NCBI GenBank assembly: GCA_965207885.1
Contig: OZ242311.1
Span: 4,512,001-4,576,000 of the forward strand
Length of the DNA: 64,000 nucleotides
Direction of reading: 5' to 3'
Source: Candidatus Latescibacterota bacterium
Lineage (GTDB): Bacteria > Latescibacterota > UBA2968
A program made the translations under genes and the position numbers. The notes below the pieces were generated by a model, which was given only the letters and a program-made list of their open reading frames with translations, had not been told where the DNA came from and made no database searches. Below are positions 50,136-58,395 of the stretch, in pieces. Within the stretch, counting starts at the first letter, position 1, and each line of letters starts with the position of its first letter.

Positions 50136-50948
50136 TTACAGGTTGTCCAATACAGCGCGCAGTTGTCGTACGCCTTTTAGCATGAGTTCTGGGGATCCCC
50201 AGTGTTCGATGCTCACATTGCCCGTATAACCGTCTGATAGGACCATTTTGAGCAGGTCTTCGTATTTTATATCGCTGTCGCGAATGGGGTCCAGTTCTTT
50301 GTCGGGGTTGGGTTTGACGTGGAGATGGGTGATTCGTCCTTTGATCTGTTCGTATCCATCTGGGATAGCCTGTTCGCCACATCCGATGCCGTTGTTCACA
50401 TCCCAGCAGAAGCTGAATCCCGATGTGTCTCCCAGGGCGTCGGCAACCATTCTCGCTTCCGCACAGGTGCCAGCAATGGTCGCGCCTTCGTTTTCCAGGG
50501 ATAGGGTGACGCCTTCGCGTTTGGCTGTTTTGGCTATGGGGCCGAGAAATGGCACGATGACGTCGAGATAGTTCTCAACACCGGGTCGATTTGCCCGGTC
50601 TCCTTTTCGTCGATTGGGGTTCCAGAGGGAAAATCCGCGGATGACGGTTGTATCAAATGCTTTTGCGAGTTCGATCATGCGGTCAAATATGCGTTGGTGT
50701 TCGGCTTTTTCTTGGTCGCTGTCGTGGGCGCATTTGCCCACGGGCGAGCCGACGGACATAACGGTTACATTGTATTTTGCCAGTACGTCCTGGACGCGCT
50801 GCAGTTCGTCGTTGTCGATTTCCTGGACGCGTTTGCCCCAGATGCCGCCGCGCAGTTCAATTCCCGTTGCACCCGCTTCTACGCCCAGGCGCACAGATTT
50901 ATCAAAGTCGGCTTTGTCGATTTCATCTGCAAAATAACACAGTTCCAT
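50136..50948 (-). CDS. Sugar phosphate isomerase/epimerase (AP endonuclease 2 TIM barrel)
   Basis: FADEI, LENE, WD, HLHVK, SIEH. Confidence 0.85.
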   Translation of the reverse strand: MELCYFADEIDKADFDKSVRLGVEAGATGIELRGGIWGKRVQEIDNDELQRVQDVLAKYNVTVMSVGSPVGKCAHDSDQEKAEHQRIFDRMIELAKAFDTTVIRGFSLWNPNRRKGDRANRPGVENYLDVIVPFLGPIAKTAKREGVTLSLENEGATIAGTCAEARMVADALGDTSGFSFCWDVNNGIGCGEQAIPDGYEQIKGRITHLHVKPNPDKELDPIRDSDIKYEDLLKMVLSDGYTGNVSIEHWGSPELMLKGVRQLRAVLDNL

Positions 50949-50971
50949 CCCTTCCTCCTGTAAATGGTTAT

Positions 50972-51027
50972 ACGAATCAACGAATCAACGAATCAACGAA
51001 TCAACGAATCAACGAATCAACGAATCA
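50972..51027. repeat. Tandem repeat (ACGAATCA)x7
   Basis: Seven perfect octamers. Confidence 0.95.
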
Positions 51028-51054
51028 ATGAAACAGGTAATGTACATGAAAGCC

Positions 51055-51086
51055 GTCATTGCGGCATGGTTTTAGCCGCAATCCAG
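51055..51086 (+). repeat. GTCAT-type REP-like palindrome
   Basis: GTCATTGCGGCATGGTTTTAGCCGCAATCCAG. Confidence 0.7.
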
Positions 51087-51109
51087 AGGTTTTGGGTGGC
51101 GGGGTAGGG

Positions 51110-51138
51110 TTCGTCTATTCGTCTATTCGTCTATTCGC
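51110..51138. repeat. Tandem repeat (TTCGTCTA)x3.5
   Basis: Reverse complement unit is ACGAATAG, a variant of the upstream octamer. Confidence 0.85.
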
Positions 51139-51273
51139 GCTTTATACAAGGTCGTATATTTCTTTTTTCTCGTGCTCTTCCCACAATAAATATAATATCT
51201 CCCCTCACAGTCAAAGAAAAACGCGACCCACGCGAGTTTATTTTTCGTTTTTAATTTTCGATTTTTAATTATC

Positions 51274-51603
51274 ATGCGTTTTATGAATGAACAGACGCGA
51301 AAGAAAATTCTGCAATCCACACCGCACCCAAAGGGAATTCGCAAGGTGGATAGAAAACGCCTGATAGCGCAGTTGGCCCGCGCTGAGCCACCGCTCGATT
51401 ACGACCGGTATATTCGCTCTAAATCATGGCAGATTAAGAGGCAGAAGTTTCTCGCCCATTACAATTGCCAGTGCGTTTTGTGCGGGAGCAAAGAGCATTT
51501 GCACGTCCACCATCTGCACTACAAGACGCTGGGGAATGAGGGCGTGGAAGATGTTATCGTTTGCTGCAGGCGTTGTCATTTTATAGAGCATTTTAAGAAG
51601 TGA
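51274..51603 (+). CDS. Small HNH endonuclease
   Basis: YIRSKSW, CVLCG, HVHHLHY, CRRCH. Confidence 0.85.
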   Translation: MRFMNEQTRKKILQSTPHPKGIRKVDRKRLIAQLARAEPPLDYDRYIRSKSWQIKRQKFLAHYNCQCVLCGSKEHLHVHHLHYKTLGNEGVEDVIVCCRRCHFIEHFKK

Positions 51604-51619
51604 TCCAGTGGTTTTGTCT

Positions 51620-51683
51620 GTCATCGCGGCATGCTTAAAGCCGCGATCCAGTATTTTGTAGGGGCGGGTCCCGTGCCCGCCCG
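51620..51683 (+). repeat. GTCAT-type REP-like palindrome followed by GTAG-type palindrome
   Basis: GTCATCGCGGCATGCTTAAAGCCGCGATCCAG and GTAGGGGCGGGTCCCGTGCCCGCCC. Confidence 0.7.
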
Positions 51684-51700
51684 CACTTCCGGAGATTTTT

Positions 51701-52981
51701 ATGCCGAATATTATCATTATTACCACGCACGATACGGGGCGGCATTTTGGGTGTTATGGTGTCGATACGGTACATACGCCCGCGATTGATGCGATTGCCG
51801 ATGATGGGTTCAAGTTTACCAATTATTTTACGACGAGTCCGGTGTGTAGCCCCAGCCGGGGAGCTATGCTTACGGGACGCTATCCGCAGAGCAATGGGTT
51901 GATTGGATTGACGCATTCGCCGTGGGATTGGTGTTTTAATGAGGGGGAGCGACATCTTTCGCATATTTTGCGGGATGCGGGTTATTATACGGCTCTTTTT
52001 GGGTTGCAACACGAGGCGTCTAATACCGAGGATTTGGGTTTTGAAGCGACTTTTGCACAGCGCGATGATACTGGCCGCCGCGCAAACGCGCTTGTGGTTG
52101 CCGAGGCTCTGGGGAATTTTCTCAGGGCTAACGCGGGTTCTAAGACGCCGTTTTATGCGCAAGTCGGGTTTTTTGAGACGCATCGTCCGCACGATTTTGG
52201 CGATGTGGGACCCGATGATAGCAAGGGTATTGATGTGCCGTCTTATCTGGTTGATGACGAGACGTCGCGACGAGAACTCGCTCTACAACAGGGTGCGATC
52301 CGCCGCGTGGATGAGGCGGTTCAGATTATTGCCGATGCACTGAGAGAAAGTGGTTTGGAAGACGATACGCTGCTGGTGTTTACGGTTGATCACGGTATTG
52401 AATTTCCGAGGGCGAAGTGGTTTTGTTATGACGCGGGTATTGGCGTTGCATTGCTTATGCGCTGGCCCGGTGGGGGTGTTCGGGGGGGACAGTGCTGTGA
52501 CCATCTGCTCAGTAATGTCGATTTTTTGCCCACGCTTATGGATCTCATACAGCATCCCGTTCCGGATAATGTGGAGGGTTTGAGTTTTGCCAGTGTGTTC
52601 AAAGATCCCGATGCGGATCCCACGCGAGATGCGGCTTTTTCGATTTTTCAGGGTAGCGATAGTCGCAGTGTTCGCACCGATCGCTACAAGTTTATTCGCA
52701 ATTTCAGCCCGCGGCGCCTGATAGATGTGCCCGTGGATATGACCGATCCCCCCAGGCCGCGCATCAAACAACCGGTGGCGCAACTCTACGATCTGGAAAA
52801 TGACCCTAACGAATTTGAGGATGTAGCCGATAAACCCGAATACAGGGATGTGTATAATGCGTTGAGCCAGCGTCTGTGGCAATGGATGGAAGATGTGAAT
52901 GATCCTTCGCTCCAGAGTCCGATTCCCACGCCGTATTATTGGGAGGCGATGGCGGAATATAACACGAGAAAGGAAGGGTAA
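51701..52981 (+). CDS. Cys-type sulfatase (sulfamidase-like)
   Basis: HDTGR, CSPSR, ETHRP, DHG, PRAK. Confidence 0.9.
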   Translation: MPNIIIITTHDTGRHFGCYGVDTVHTPAIDAIADDGFKFTNYFTTSPVCSPSRGAMLTGRYPQSNGLIGLTHSPWDWCFNEGERHLSHILRDAGYYTALFGLQHEASNTEDLGFEATFAQRDDTGRRANALVVAEALGNFLRANAGSKTPFYAQVGFFETHRPHDFGDVGPDDSKGIDVPSYLVDDETSRRELALQQGAIRRVDEAVQIIADALRESGLEDDTLLVFTVDHGIEFPRAKWFCYDAGIGVALLMRWPGGGVRGGQCCDHLLSNVDFLPTLMDLIQHPVPDNVEGLSFASVFKDPDADPTRDAAFSIFQGSDSRSVRTDRYKFIRNFSPRRLIDVPVDMTDPPRPRIKQPVAQLYDLENDPNEFEDVADKPEYRDVYNALSQRLWQWMEDVNDPSLQSPIPTPYYWEAMAEYNTRKEG

Positions 52982-54186
52982 TGTCGAAAGGAAAAATTGT
53001 AAATCTCGCGCTCGTCGGCTGTGGCGGTATTGCCGGTGGGCATCTTCGGCGGTATGGAGAGCTTATCGACAGTGGTGAAGACCGTTTTCGCATTGTGGCT
53101 ACGGTTGATAGCGATATCAGTCGCGCGCAGGCATTTGCCAATCAGATTAATGGCAAGACCGGACGGGAGGTCAATAGTTATCCTTCGGTTGAGGATCTGC
53201 TCAATTCAGAGTCCAATCTCGATGGGGCCGATATATGCAGTCCCCACGGTCTGCATCATGTGCTCGCCTGCGAGTTGCTCGAAGGCGGTGTGAATATTTT
53301 GTGTGAGAAGCCCATTGGTATAACTGTTAAAGCTACGCAAAGAATTATCGATACAGCCAGGCGTTGCAATAAGATCGCCGCGAATGCCGAACAGTGTCGC
53401 CGCAGTGTTGGGCAGCGCACGATTCACTGGGCGTTTAATGGTGGTCCGCTCGGTGAACCCAGATTGTGGTACGCCATCAGGTCGGGGTGGCAGGATCCCG
53501 CGAATTATCCCGATTGGCACTGGCGCGTGGATCGCAAACTCGGCGGTTGCGGAATGGTTATGGATAGCGGTGCGCACTGGGTAGATACCATGCGCTACTG
53601 GTTTGGGGAAGTGGAGAGTGTTTATGCGCGTGTGGAGCAAATGGAACAACGTCCACATAAGAAAGGCGAGGATCTGGTCGATGATAGTCGCGAGGATTTT
53701 TGGACCAGTATTTTCAATTTTGAAAGTGGCGTGATCGGCACGTGGTCGTGGACGGTTAGCGCGCCGGGGAAGGGTTTTACACAACTCAATCTCACGGGGA
53801 GCAAGGGCACGATTGTCGAGAGCGATATTTTTCATCCGGCGGCTTCTCAGGCGCGCGGCGAGTGCCATTTTGTTGATGGCACGGCTTATGGCGTGTCCCA
53901 GCTTCAGGATATGTTTCTGGGTTCACTGAGTCAGGGCGAAAAGGATCGCCTCTTTCCCTATGGGCTAACCGATGGCATGGCGATTGAGTTGTGGGATTTT
54001 ATCGATGCTCTGAGTATTGGACGCGGTGTGGAAATCGATGCCGAAGAGGGGCTTAAGAGCAAGGCCGTGAGTGAGGCTATTTACGAGTCTGGGAAAAGCG
54101 GACAGGTCGTCAAGGTGGGCGATGTGATATCCGGCGAGGTTTGTGCGTATCAGCAGGATATTGATCAGATGTGGGGGTTGGCGTAA
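52981..54186 (+). CDS. Gfo/Idh/MocA family oxidoreductase
   Basis: VGCGGIA, CEKP, DSGAHWVD. Confidence 0.9.
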   Translation: MSKGKIVNLALVGCGGIAGGHLRRYGELIDSGEDRFRIVATVDSDISRAQAFANQINGKTGREVNSYPSVEDLLNSESNLDGADICSPHGLHHVLACELLEGGVNILCEKPIGITVKATQRIIDTARRCNKIAANAEQCRRSVGQRTIHWAFNGGPLGEPRLWYAIRSGWQDPANYPDWHWRVDRKLGGCGMVMDSGAHWVDTMRYWFGEVESVYARVEQMEQRPHKKGEDLVDDSREDFWTSIFNFESGVIGTWSWTVSAPGKGFTQLNLTGSKGTIVESDIFHPAASQARGECHFVDGTAYGVSQLQDMFLGSLSQGEKDRLFPYGLTDGMAIELWDFIDALSIGRGVEIDAEEGLKSKAVSEAIYESGKSGQVVKVGDVISGEVCAYQQDIDQMWGLA

Positions 54187-54207
54187 GGGTTGGATGGGTG
54201 ACTGCTG

Positions 54208-54250
54208 AAAAAACAGGCCGCGATCCCTTGAGACCGTGGCCTGTTTTGTT
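54208..54250. terminator. Bidirectional intrinsic terminator
   Basis: AAAACAGGCCGCG...CGTGGCCTGTTTT between convergent genes. Confidence 0.7.
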
Positions 54251-54292
54251 TCCTCTCATTTGGCTGTACCACTCAACACTAACTCAGGTTTG

Positions 54293-54333
54293 TTGCCTTT
54301 CATCGGTGTTTATCTGTGTTTATCGGTGGTTGC
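54293..54333 (-). repeat. Dispersed 41-bp decamer repeat, copy 2
   Basis: Matches 17155-17195. Confidence 0.8.
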
Positions 54334-54336
54334 TTT

Positions 54337-54729
54337 TCACGCCTTTCCCGGACGACCTATTTCGATGAGGTTGCCATCCGGGTCGTGTACAAAAACATAG
54401 CGCGTGCCGTCGTGTGGGCGCACGCCGGGACCGGAGGCAACGCGCACGCGTTCGCGGTCGAGCGAGGTGATGACGCGATCGAAGTCGGCGACTTCAAAGG
54501 CGATGTGGCGTCGCGAGGGACGGGGGTATTCTTCTGCGAGGATCAGGTGGATTTCGATGTCGCCACAGCGATACCAGGCACCAGCAAAGTCGTAATCTGG
54601 CCGGGGAATGGGTTGCAGCCCCAGGAGCTTTTCGTAAAATGCCGATGCGCGCTCGAGGTTACCTGTAACCAATGTGATATGGCTGACGCGCGTGATGCCC
54701 AGGCCAGCCGATTCCATGCGATTGGCCAC
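54337..54729 (-). CDS. VOC/glyoxalase family protein
   Basis: SHITL, FYEKLLGL, HIAFEV, DPDGNLIE. Confidence 0.9.
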   Translation of the reverse strand: MANRMESAGLGITRVSHITLVTGNLERASAFYEKLLGLQPIPRPDYDFAGAWYRCGDIEIHLILAEEYPRPSRRHIAFEVADFDRVITSLDRERVRVASGPGVRPHDGTRYVFVHDPDGNLIEIGRPGKA

Positions 54730-54733
54730 CGGA

Positions 54734-55615
54734 TCAATTCTCCATCAATAAGGTTCTCATTTTACGCATGCGCGAGGGATGTTTGAGTGCTGCCAGGGCT
54801 TTGTCGCGTATTTGGCGCACGCGCTCTTTGGTCAGGTTGAGGATGTTGCCAATTTGCTCCAGTGTCATTGTTTCACCGCTGTTAATGCCAAAATAGAGGC
54901 GTAACACGCGGGCGTCGCGCGGAGCCAATGTGTTGAGTGCGGTGCGTATTTCCTCAGCCATAGAGCTTTCGAGCATGGCCTCTTCAGGGGTTTCCTGATC
55001 GTTGTCTGACAACATTTCCAGCAAGCTGGTGTCAGGGCCGTCTTCAAGGGGCATGTCGTATGAGATATGCCACCGCGAAGCGCTGAGGAGGTCTTGCACT
55101 TGTTTGGGTTGAAGTTCGGCCTGTGCAGCGATTTCTTCAACACGCGGTTCGCGCCCCAGCGATTGTTTGAGTTCTGAGGATATGCGTTCCAATTTGCTCA
55201 GGTGTTTGATTTTGTTGACGGGCAGTCGCACCATGCGGGCTTTTTCTGCCAATGCCGATAAGATGCCCTGCCGAATCCACCAGACTGCATACGTGGTGAA
55301 TTTGACGCCAACGGTTTCGTCATAGCGGGTGGCTGCGCGAACAAGACCCATGTTGCCTTCGGCGATGAGGTCTTCCAGGAGCAGGCCGCGTCCCTGATAT
55401 TCTTTGGCTATGGTAATGACGAATCGCAAATTGGATTCGATCATTTTATTGAGACTTTTGCGGTCTCCTTTGCGAATGCGCTTGGCCAGGTCAATTTCTT
55501 CTTGTGGCGTGAGCAATTCGCTATAGGCGATGTCTTTGAAATAGAGTTCCAGTGCGGAACTACTGCCTCCATTTGTTCCGTTTGAGGTCCTGTAACTCAT
55601 AAGTGCGGCAGACAT
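54734..55615 (-). CDS. RpoD/RpoS-like group 1-2 sigma factor lacking region 1.1
   Basis: LELYFKDI, SNLRFV, KFTTYAVWWIRQ, TLEQIG...TKERVRQI. Confidence 0.93.
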   Translation of the reverse strand: MSAALMSYRTSNGTNGGSSSALELYFKDIAYSELLTPQEEIDLAKRIRKGDRKSLNKMIESNLRFVITIAKEYQGRGLLLEDLIAEGNMGLVRAATRYDETVGVKFTTYAVWWIRQGILSALAEKARMVRLPVNKIKHLSKLERISSELKQSLGREPRVEEIAAQAELQPKQVQDLLSASRWHISYDMPLEDGPDTSLLEMLSDNDQETPEEAMLESSMAEEIRTALNTLAPRDARVLRLYFGINSGETMTLEQIGNILNLTKERVRQIRDKALAALKHPSRMRKMRTLLMEN

Positions 55616-55922
55616 GTATTTCCCCCGTGACTGAGATATCGACTCTCTTGATCGAGTGTCTTGTGTTTCAACTCGTCAAAGGTTCACAATAAGTACTGTG
55701 ACACCTTCCGACTCCTGTATGGGAGAGAATCGGTTGTTGCCAGAATATACGGCGCATCGATCATGGGGATACCAATGGCCCGATTATATGACAACTTAGA
55801 TAAGGGGAGTGTCGCTTTGGGGAGTTGATCTGGATGGGGAAACGACCACGGGCCGCAGGGGAGCGGTGTGCTCGACCAAATCACAGTGTGTGGGCAAGTA
55901 TTGAGGGGAAAGATAATACTTG
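55616..55922 (-). promoter_or_regulatory. Long structured 5' leader (or sRNA) with six UCCCC motifs
   Basis: Six GGGGA on plus strand in 55765-55909; hairpins with UCCCC loops on minus strand. Confidence 0.55.
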
Positions 55923-55929
55923 AGCAGAC

Positions 55930-55958
55930 AAGATAGCGGATTCAATTCTGTAATGCAA
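55930..55958 (-). promoter_or_regulatory. Sigma-70 promoter for the sigma-factor leader
   Basis: TTGCAT-17-TATCTT; predicted start coincides with first hairpin. Confidence 0.55.
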
Positions 55959-56101
55959 CTATTTTTCTATGCCATTCTCCTGATATTTTGCAACGCAAAG
56001 CCATATTTTTAGATGAAATACTTATTGGCATATTGAGAGAAAATAATAAATAGAATTTCATTTGTCAATAAATAACTCTTGTTTAACGAGTTACAGGCTT
56101 G

Positions 56102-56620
56102 CTACTGGTCCTCGGCAGTAGAGGTGCCGTTGAGTTGTCGCTGGGCGAGGTCGCGGTCGAGCAAAAACAAACCATTGCCCTCTATGCCGACCAGCTTGAT
56201 CGTGTCGATTAATTCCCTGACAATGGCTTCTTCTTCGACCTGTTCGGCAATAAACCACTGGAGAAAGGTATGGGTGGCGTGGTCGCGTTCGGACAGGGCG
56301 AGATCGGCGATGTTGTAGATGCTTTGAGAGACTCTTTGCTCCTGGGCAAGGGAATCTTCAAATACTTCTAATGGGTTGTCCCAGCATTGTTTTGGGGTAT
56401 CAATGGCGCTAAAACGTATATCGGCCTCCCGGTCGTCGAGAAAATCGTATATCTTCATTCCATGGGTGAGTTCTTCCTGGGCTTGAACGCGCATCCAATG
56501 GGCAAAGCCATTGAGATTTTGCGTGAGAAAATACGCGGACATCGCCAGATAACTATAAGCCGAGTAATATTCCATATTGAGTTGCTCATTGAGCGCGGCG
56601 TTTATGTTTGTGTTAATCAT
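56102..56620 (-). CDS. ftnA: Non-haem ferritin
   Basis: EQLNME..S..Y, QAQEELTH, WFIAEQVEEE; AGGAGG SD. Confidence 0.93.
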   Translation of the reverse strand: MINTNINAALNEQLNMEYYSAYSYLAMSAYFLTQNLNGFAHWMRVQAQEELTHGMKIYDFLDDREADIRFSAIDTPKQCWDNPLEVFEDSLAQEQRVSQSIYNIADLALSERDHATHTFLQWFIAEQVEEEAIVRELIDTIKLVGIEGNGLFLLDRDLAQRQLNGTSTAEDQ

Positions 56621-56675
56621 GGTGTCCTCCTGTTGCGAGAGGGAGAAAAAAGGAGTATCCAAAAGGGGGGGGATA

Positions 56676-56703
56676 AGTATAAGAAAAATATGGATTTTGT
56701 CAA
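56676..56703 (-). promoter_or_regulatory. Sigma-70 promoter of ferritin 1
   Basis: TTGACA-16-TATACT. Confidence 0.6.
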
Positions 56704-56883
56704 CCTATTAAAATAACTGATTGATTATACTTTGGTTATAGAAGAAATTCCCAATGGTGTAGTGAATTTTTCTGTTGATTCTTTTTGAGAAATTGCGTAA
56801 AACTTTAGTAACTTCTAAACACGGAGCATTTGATTACCCCAGTGTGGCCCATAAGTCACCCAACAGGAGGTTTGTTTTTTGTT

Positions 56884-57366
56884 ATGATTCCCAAGAAGGT
56901 CCTCATGGCTTTGAACGAGCAACTCAATTTTGAGTTCCATTCGGCATTTCACTATCTCGCCATGGAGACGTATTTTCACGAGGTAAATCTGCACGGGTTT
57001 GCCCATTATATGCGCGAGCAATACAAAGAAGAACGGCAGCACGCGCTCAAGATTGTGGATTATATCAATGCGCGAAACTGTCGGGTCCTGCTCAAGCAGA
57101 TCGCCGAACCGCCTTCTGAGTGGGCATCACCTCTGGAGGTTTTTGAAGATGCGCATCAGCAGGAGCAGAAATCCAGTGGGATGATCAATGATCTGGTCGA
57201 TCTCTCACTGAATGAGCGCGACCATGCAACGGAGATTTTCTTGAAGTGGTTTATCGAGAAACAGGTAGAAGAGGAGGCGCAAATCAGCAGTATTGTGCAA
57301 AAGTTGAAGCTGGTGGGCGATGACGCTTATGGTCTGTTTTTACTGGATCGAGATATGGGGGGATAG
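56884..57366 (+). CDS. ftnA: Non-haem ferritin, second paralogue
   Basis: EQLNFE..S..Y, QYKEERQH, WFIEKQVEEE. Confidence 0.92.
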   Translation: MIPKKVLMALNEQLNFEFHSAFHYLAMETYFHEVNLHGFAHYMREQYKEERQHALKIVDYINARNCRVLLKQIAEPPSEWASPLEVFEDAHQQEQKSSGMINDLVDLSLNERDHATEIFLKWFIEKQVEEEAQISSIVQKLKLVGDDAYGLFLLDRDMGG

Positions 57367-57404
57367 ATACTTGTGTCCACAGGCAGACTGAATACAGAAG
57401 CACT

Positions 57405-57580
57405 AAAGAGAAGCACCCTCAGCATATCGGAGGGTGCTTTTTTTCAGGTATTATAAATAGCGTTAGGATCCGTCCAGTATTTACAGATGGAAGGCCAGTG
57501 ACAGACCCCATTTGTAACTGTCACTGGCCCCGGGCCGGGCATTGAGTGTAAGAGGAGGCTTGCTTTTGCCCGGCTTATAC
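57405..57580 (-). ncRNA. Candidate trans-acting sRNA in the hmuV 3' region
   Basis: Two perfect stems (8 bp and 12 bp); first loop carries an anti-SD complementary to the ferritin 2 RBS. Confidence 0.45.
57411..57444. terminator. Intrinsic terminator after ferritin 2 (possibly bidirectional)
   Basis: AAGCACCCTC/GAGGGTGCTT stem plus T-run. Confidence 0.85.
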
Positions 57581-57612
57581 AATGGCAAAATATTCGATAT
57601 AATTTCCTTTTT

Positions 57613-58395
57613 TTAGATGGGTACAATGAGTGGAAATTTTTTAACGGGATGGATAATTTGCTGTACGCGAATATCAAATGCATCTGAAACTACGTCTGGC
57701 GTCAATACCTGATTGGGAGCACCACTGGCCACTTGTTCGCCATTTTTCAACACATGTACCTCGTCGGCATATTGGGAAGCTAAGTTGAGGTCGTGCAACA
57801 CGCAGAGTACACCTGTTTCATTGCTGGCCCATTTTCGTGCCAGTTGCAATACCTGATGTTGATGCGATAAATCCAGGCTTGTCGTTGGTTCGTCCAGCAG
57901 CAGATATCGCCCTGCGGTGAGATGTTTGTCCCAAATTTGGGCCAGTACGCGTGCAAATTGCACCCGCTGTTGCTCTCCTCCCGATAGTGTTGGATAAACG
58001 CGCTGTTCCAGGTGCGCCACGCCTACCCATTTCAAAGCCTCCTGTGCAATTTCATAATCCCGCGCGCTTTCTATGCCTTTTACGTGTGGGAAGCGCCCCA
58101 TGAGCACCACGTCTAAAACGCGGAAGGGGAAAGTCAAAAAAGATTGCTGCGGCAAGATCGCGCGCTGTTTCGCACATTCAACAGGTGTTAAATCGGCAAT
58201 CGGACACCCATCTATCCTGACCGTTCCCTCAGAGGGGACCCACTCACCACACATCACTTTTACCAATGTGGATTTGCCCGCGCCATTTGGTCCGAGCACG
58301 GCTACAACTTTGCCCGGTGCGATCTGGATCGAAACGCGTTTGAGCAGATGGTGCCCATCTATTAGAACAGAAACCTGGCGCGCTTCAAACATCAA
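57613..58395 (-). CDS. hmuV: Haem ABC transporter ATP-binding protein
   Basis: GPNGAGKST, LSGGEQQRVQFARVLAQ, LDEPT, HDLNLA. Confidence 0.93.
   Translation of the reverse strand: MMFEARQVSVLIDGHHLLKRVSIQIAPGKVVAVLGPNGAGKSTLVKVMCGEWVPSEGTVRIDGCPIADLTPVECAKQRAILPQQSFLTFPFRVLDVVLMGRFPHVKGIESARDYEIAQEALKWVGVAHLEQRVYPTLSGGEQQRVQFARVLAQIWDKHLTAGRYLLLDEPTTSLDLSHQHQVLQLARKWASNETGVLCVLHDLNLASQYADEVHVLKNGEQVASGAPNQVLTPDVVSDAFDIRVQQIIHPVKKFPLIVPI

Noticed and set aside
50972-51027. Possible CRISPR array
   Set aside because: Contiguous 8-bp units with no spacers and no cas genes
55684-55884. 66-aa ORF in the sigma leader
   Set aside because: No SD and no motifs; Pro-rich only because of the CCCC repeats
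55950-56010. Sigma-54 promoter on minus strand
   Set aside because: GG-to-GC spacings are 9 and 15 nt, not the required 10
56000-56830. Canonical Fur boxes
   Set aside because: The intergenic parts are AT-rich but show no convincing GATAATGATAATCATTATC match by eye
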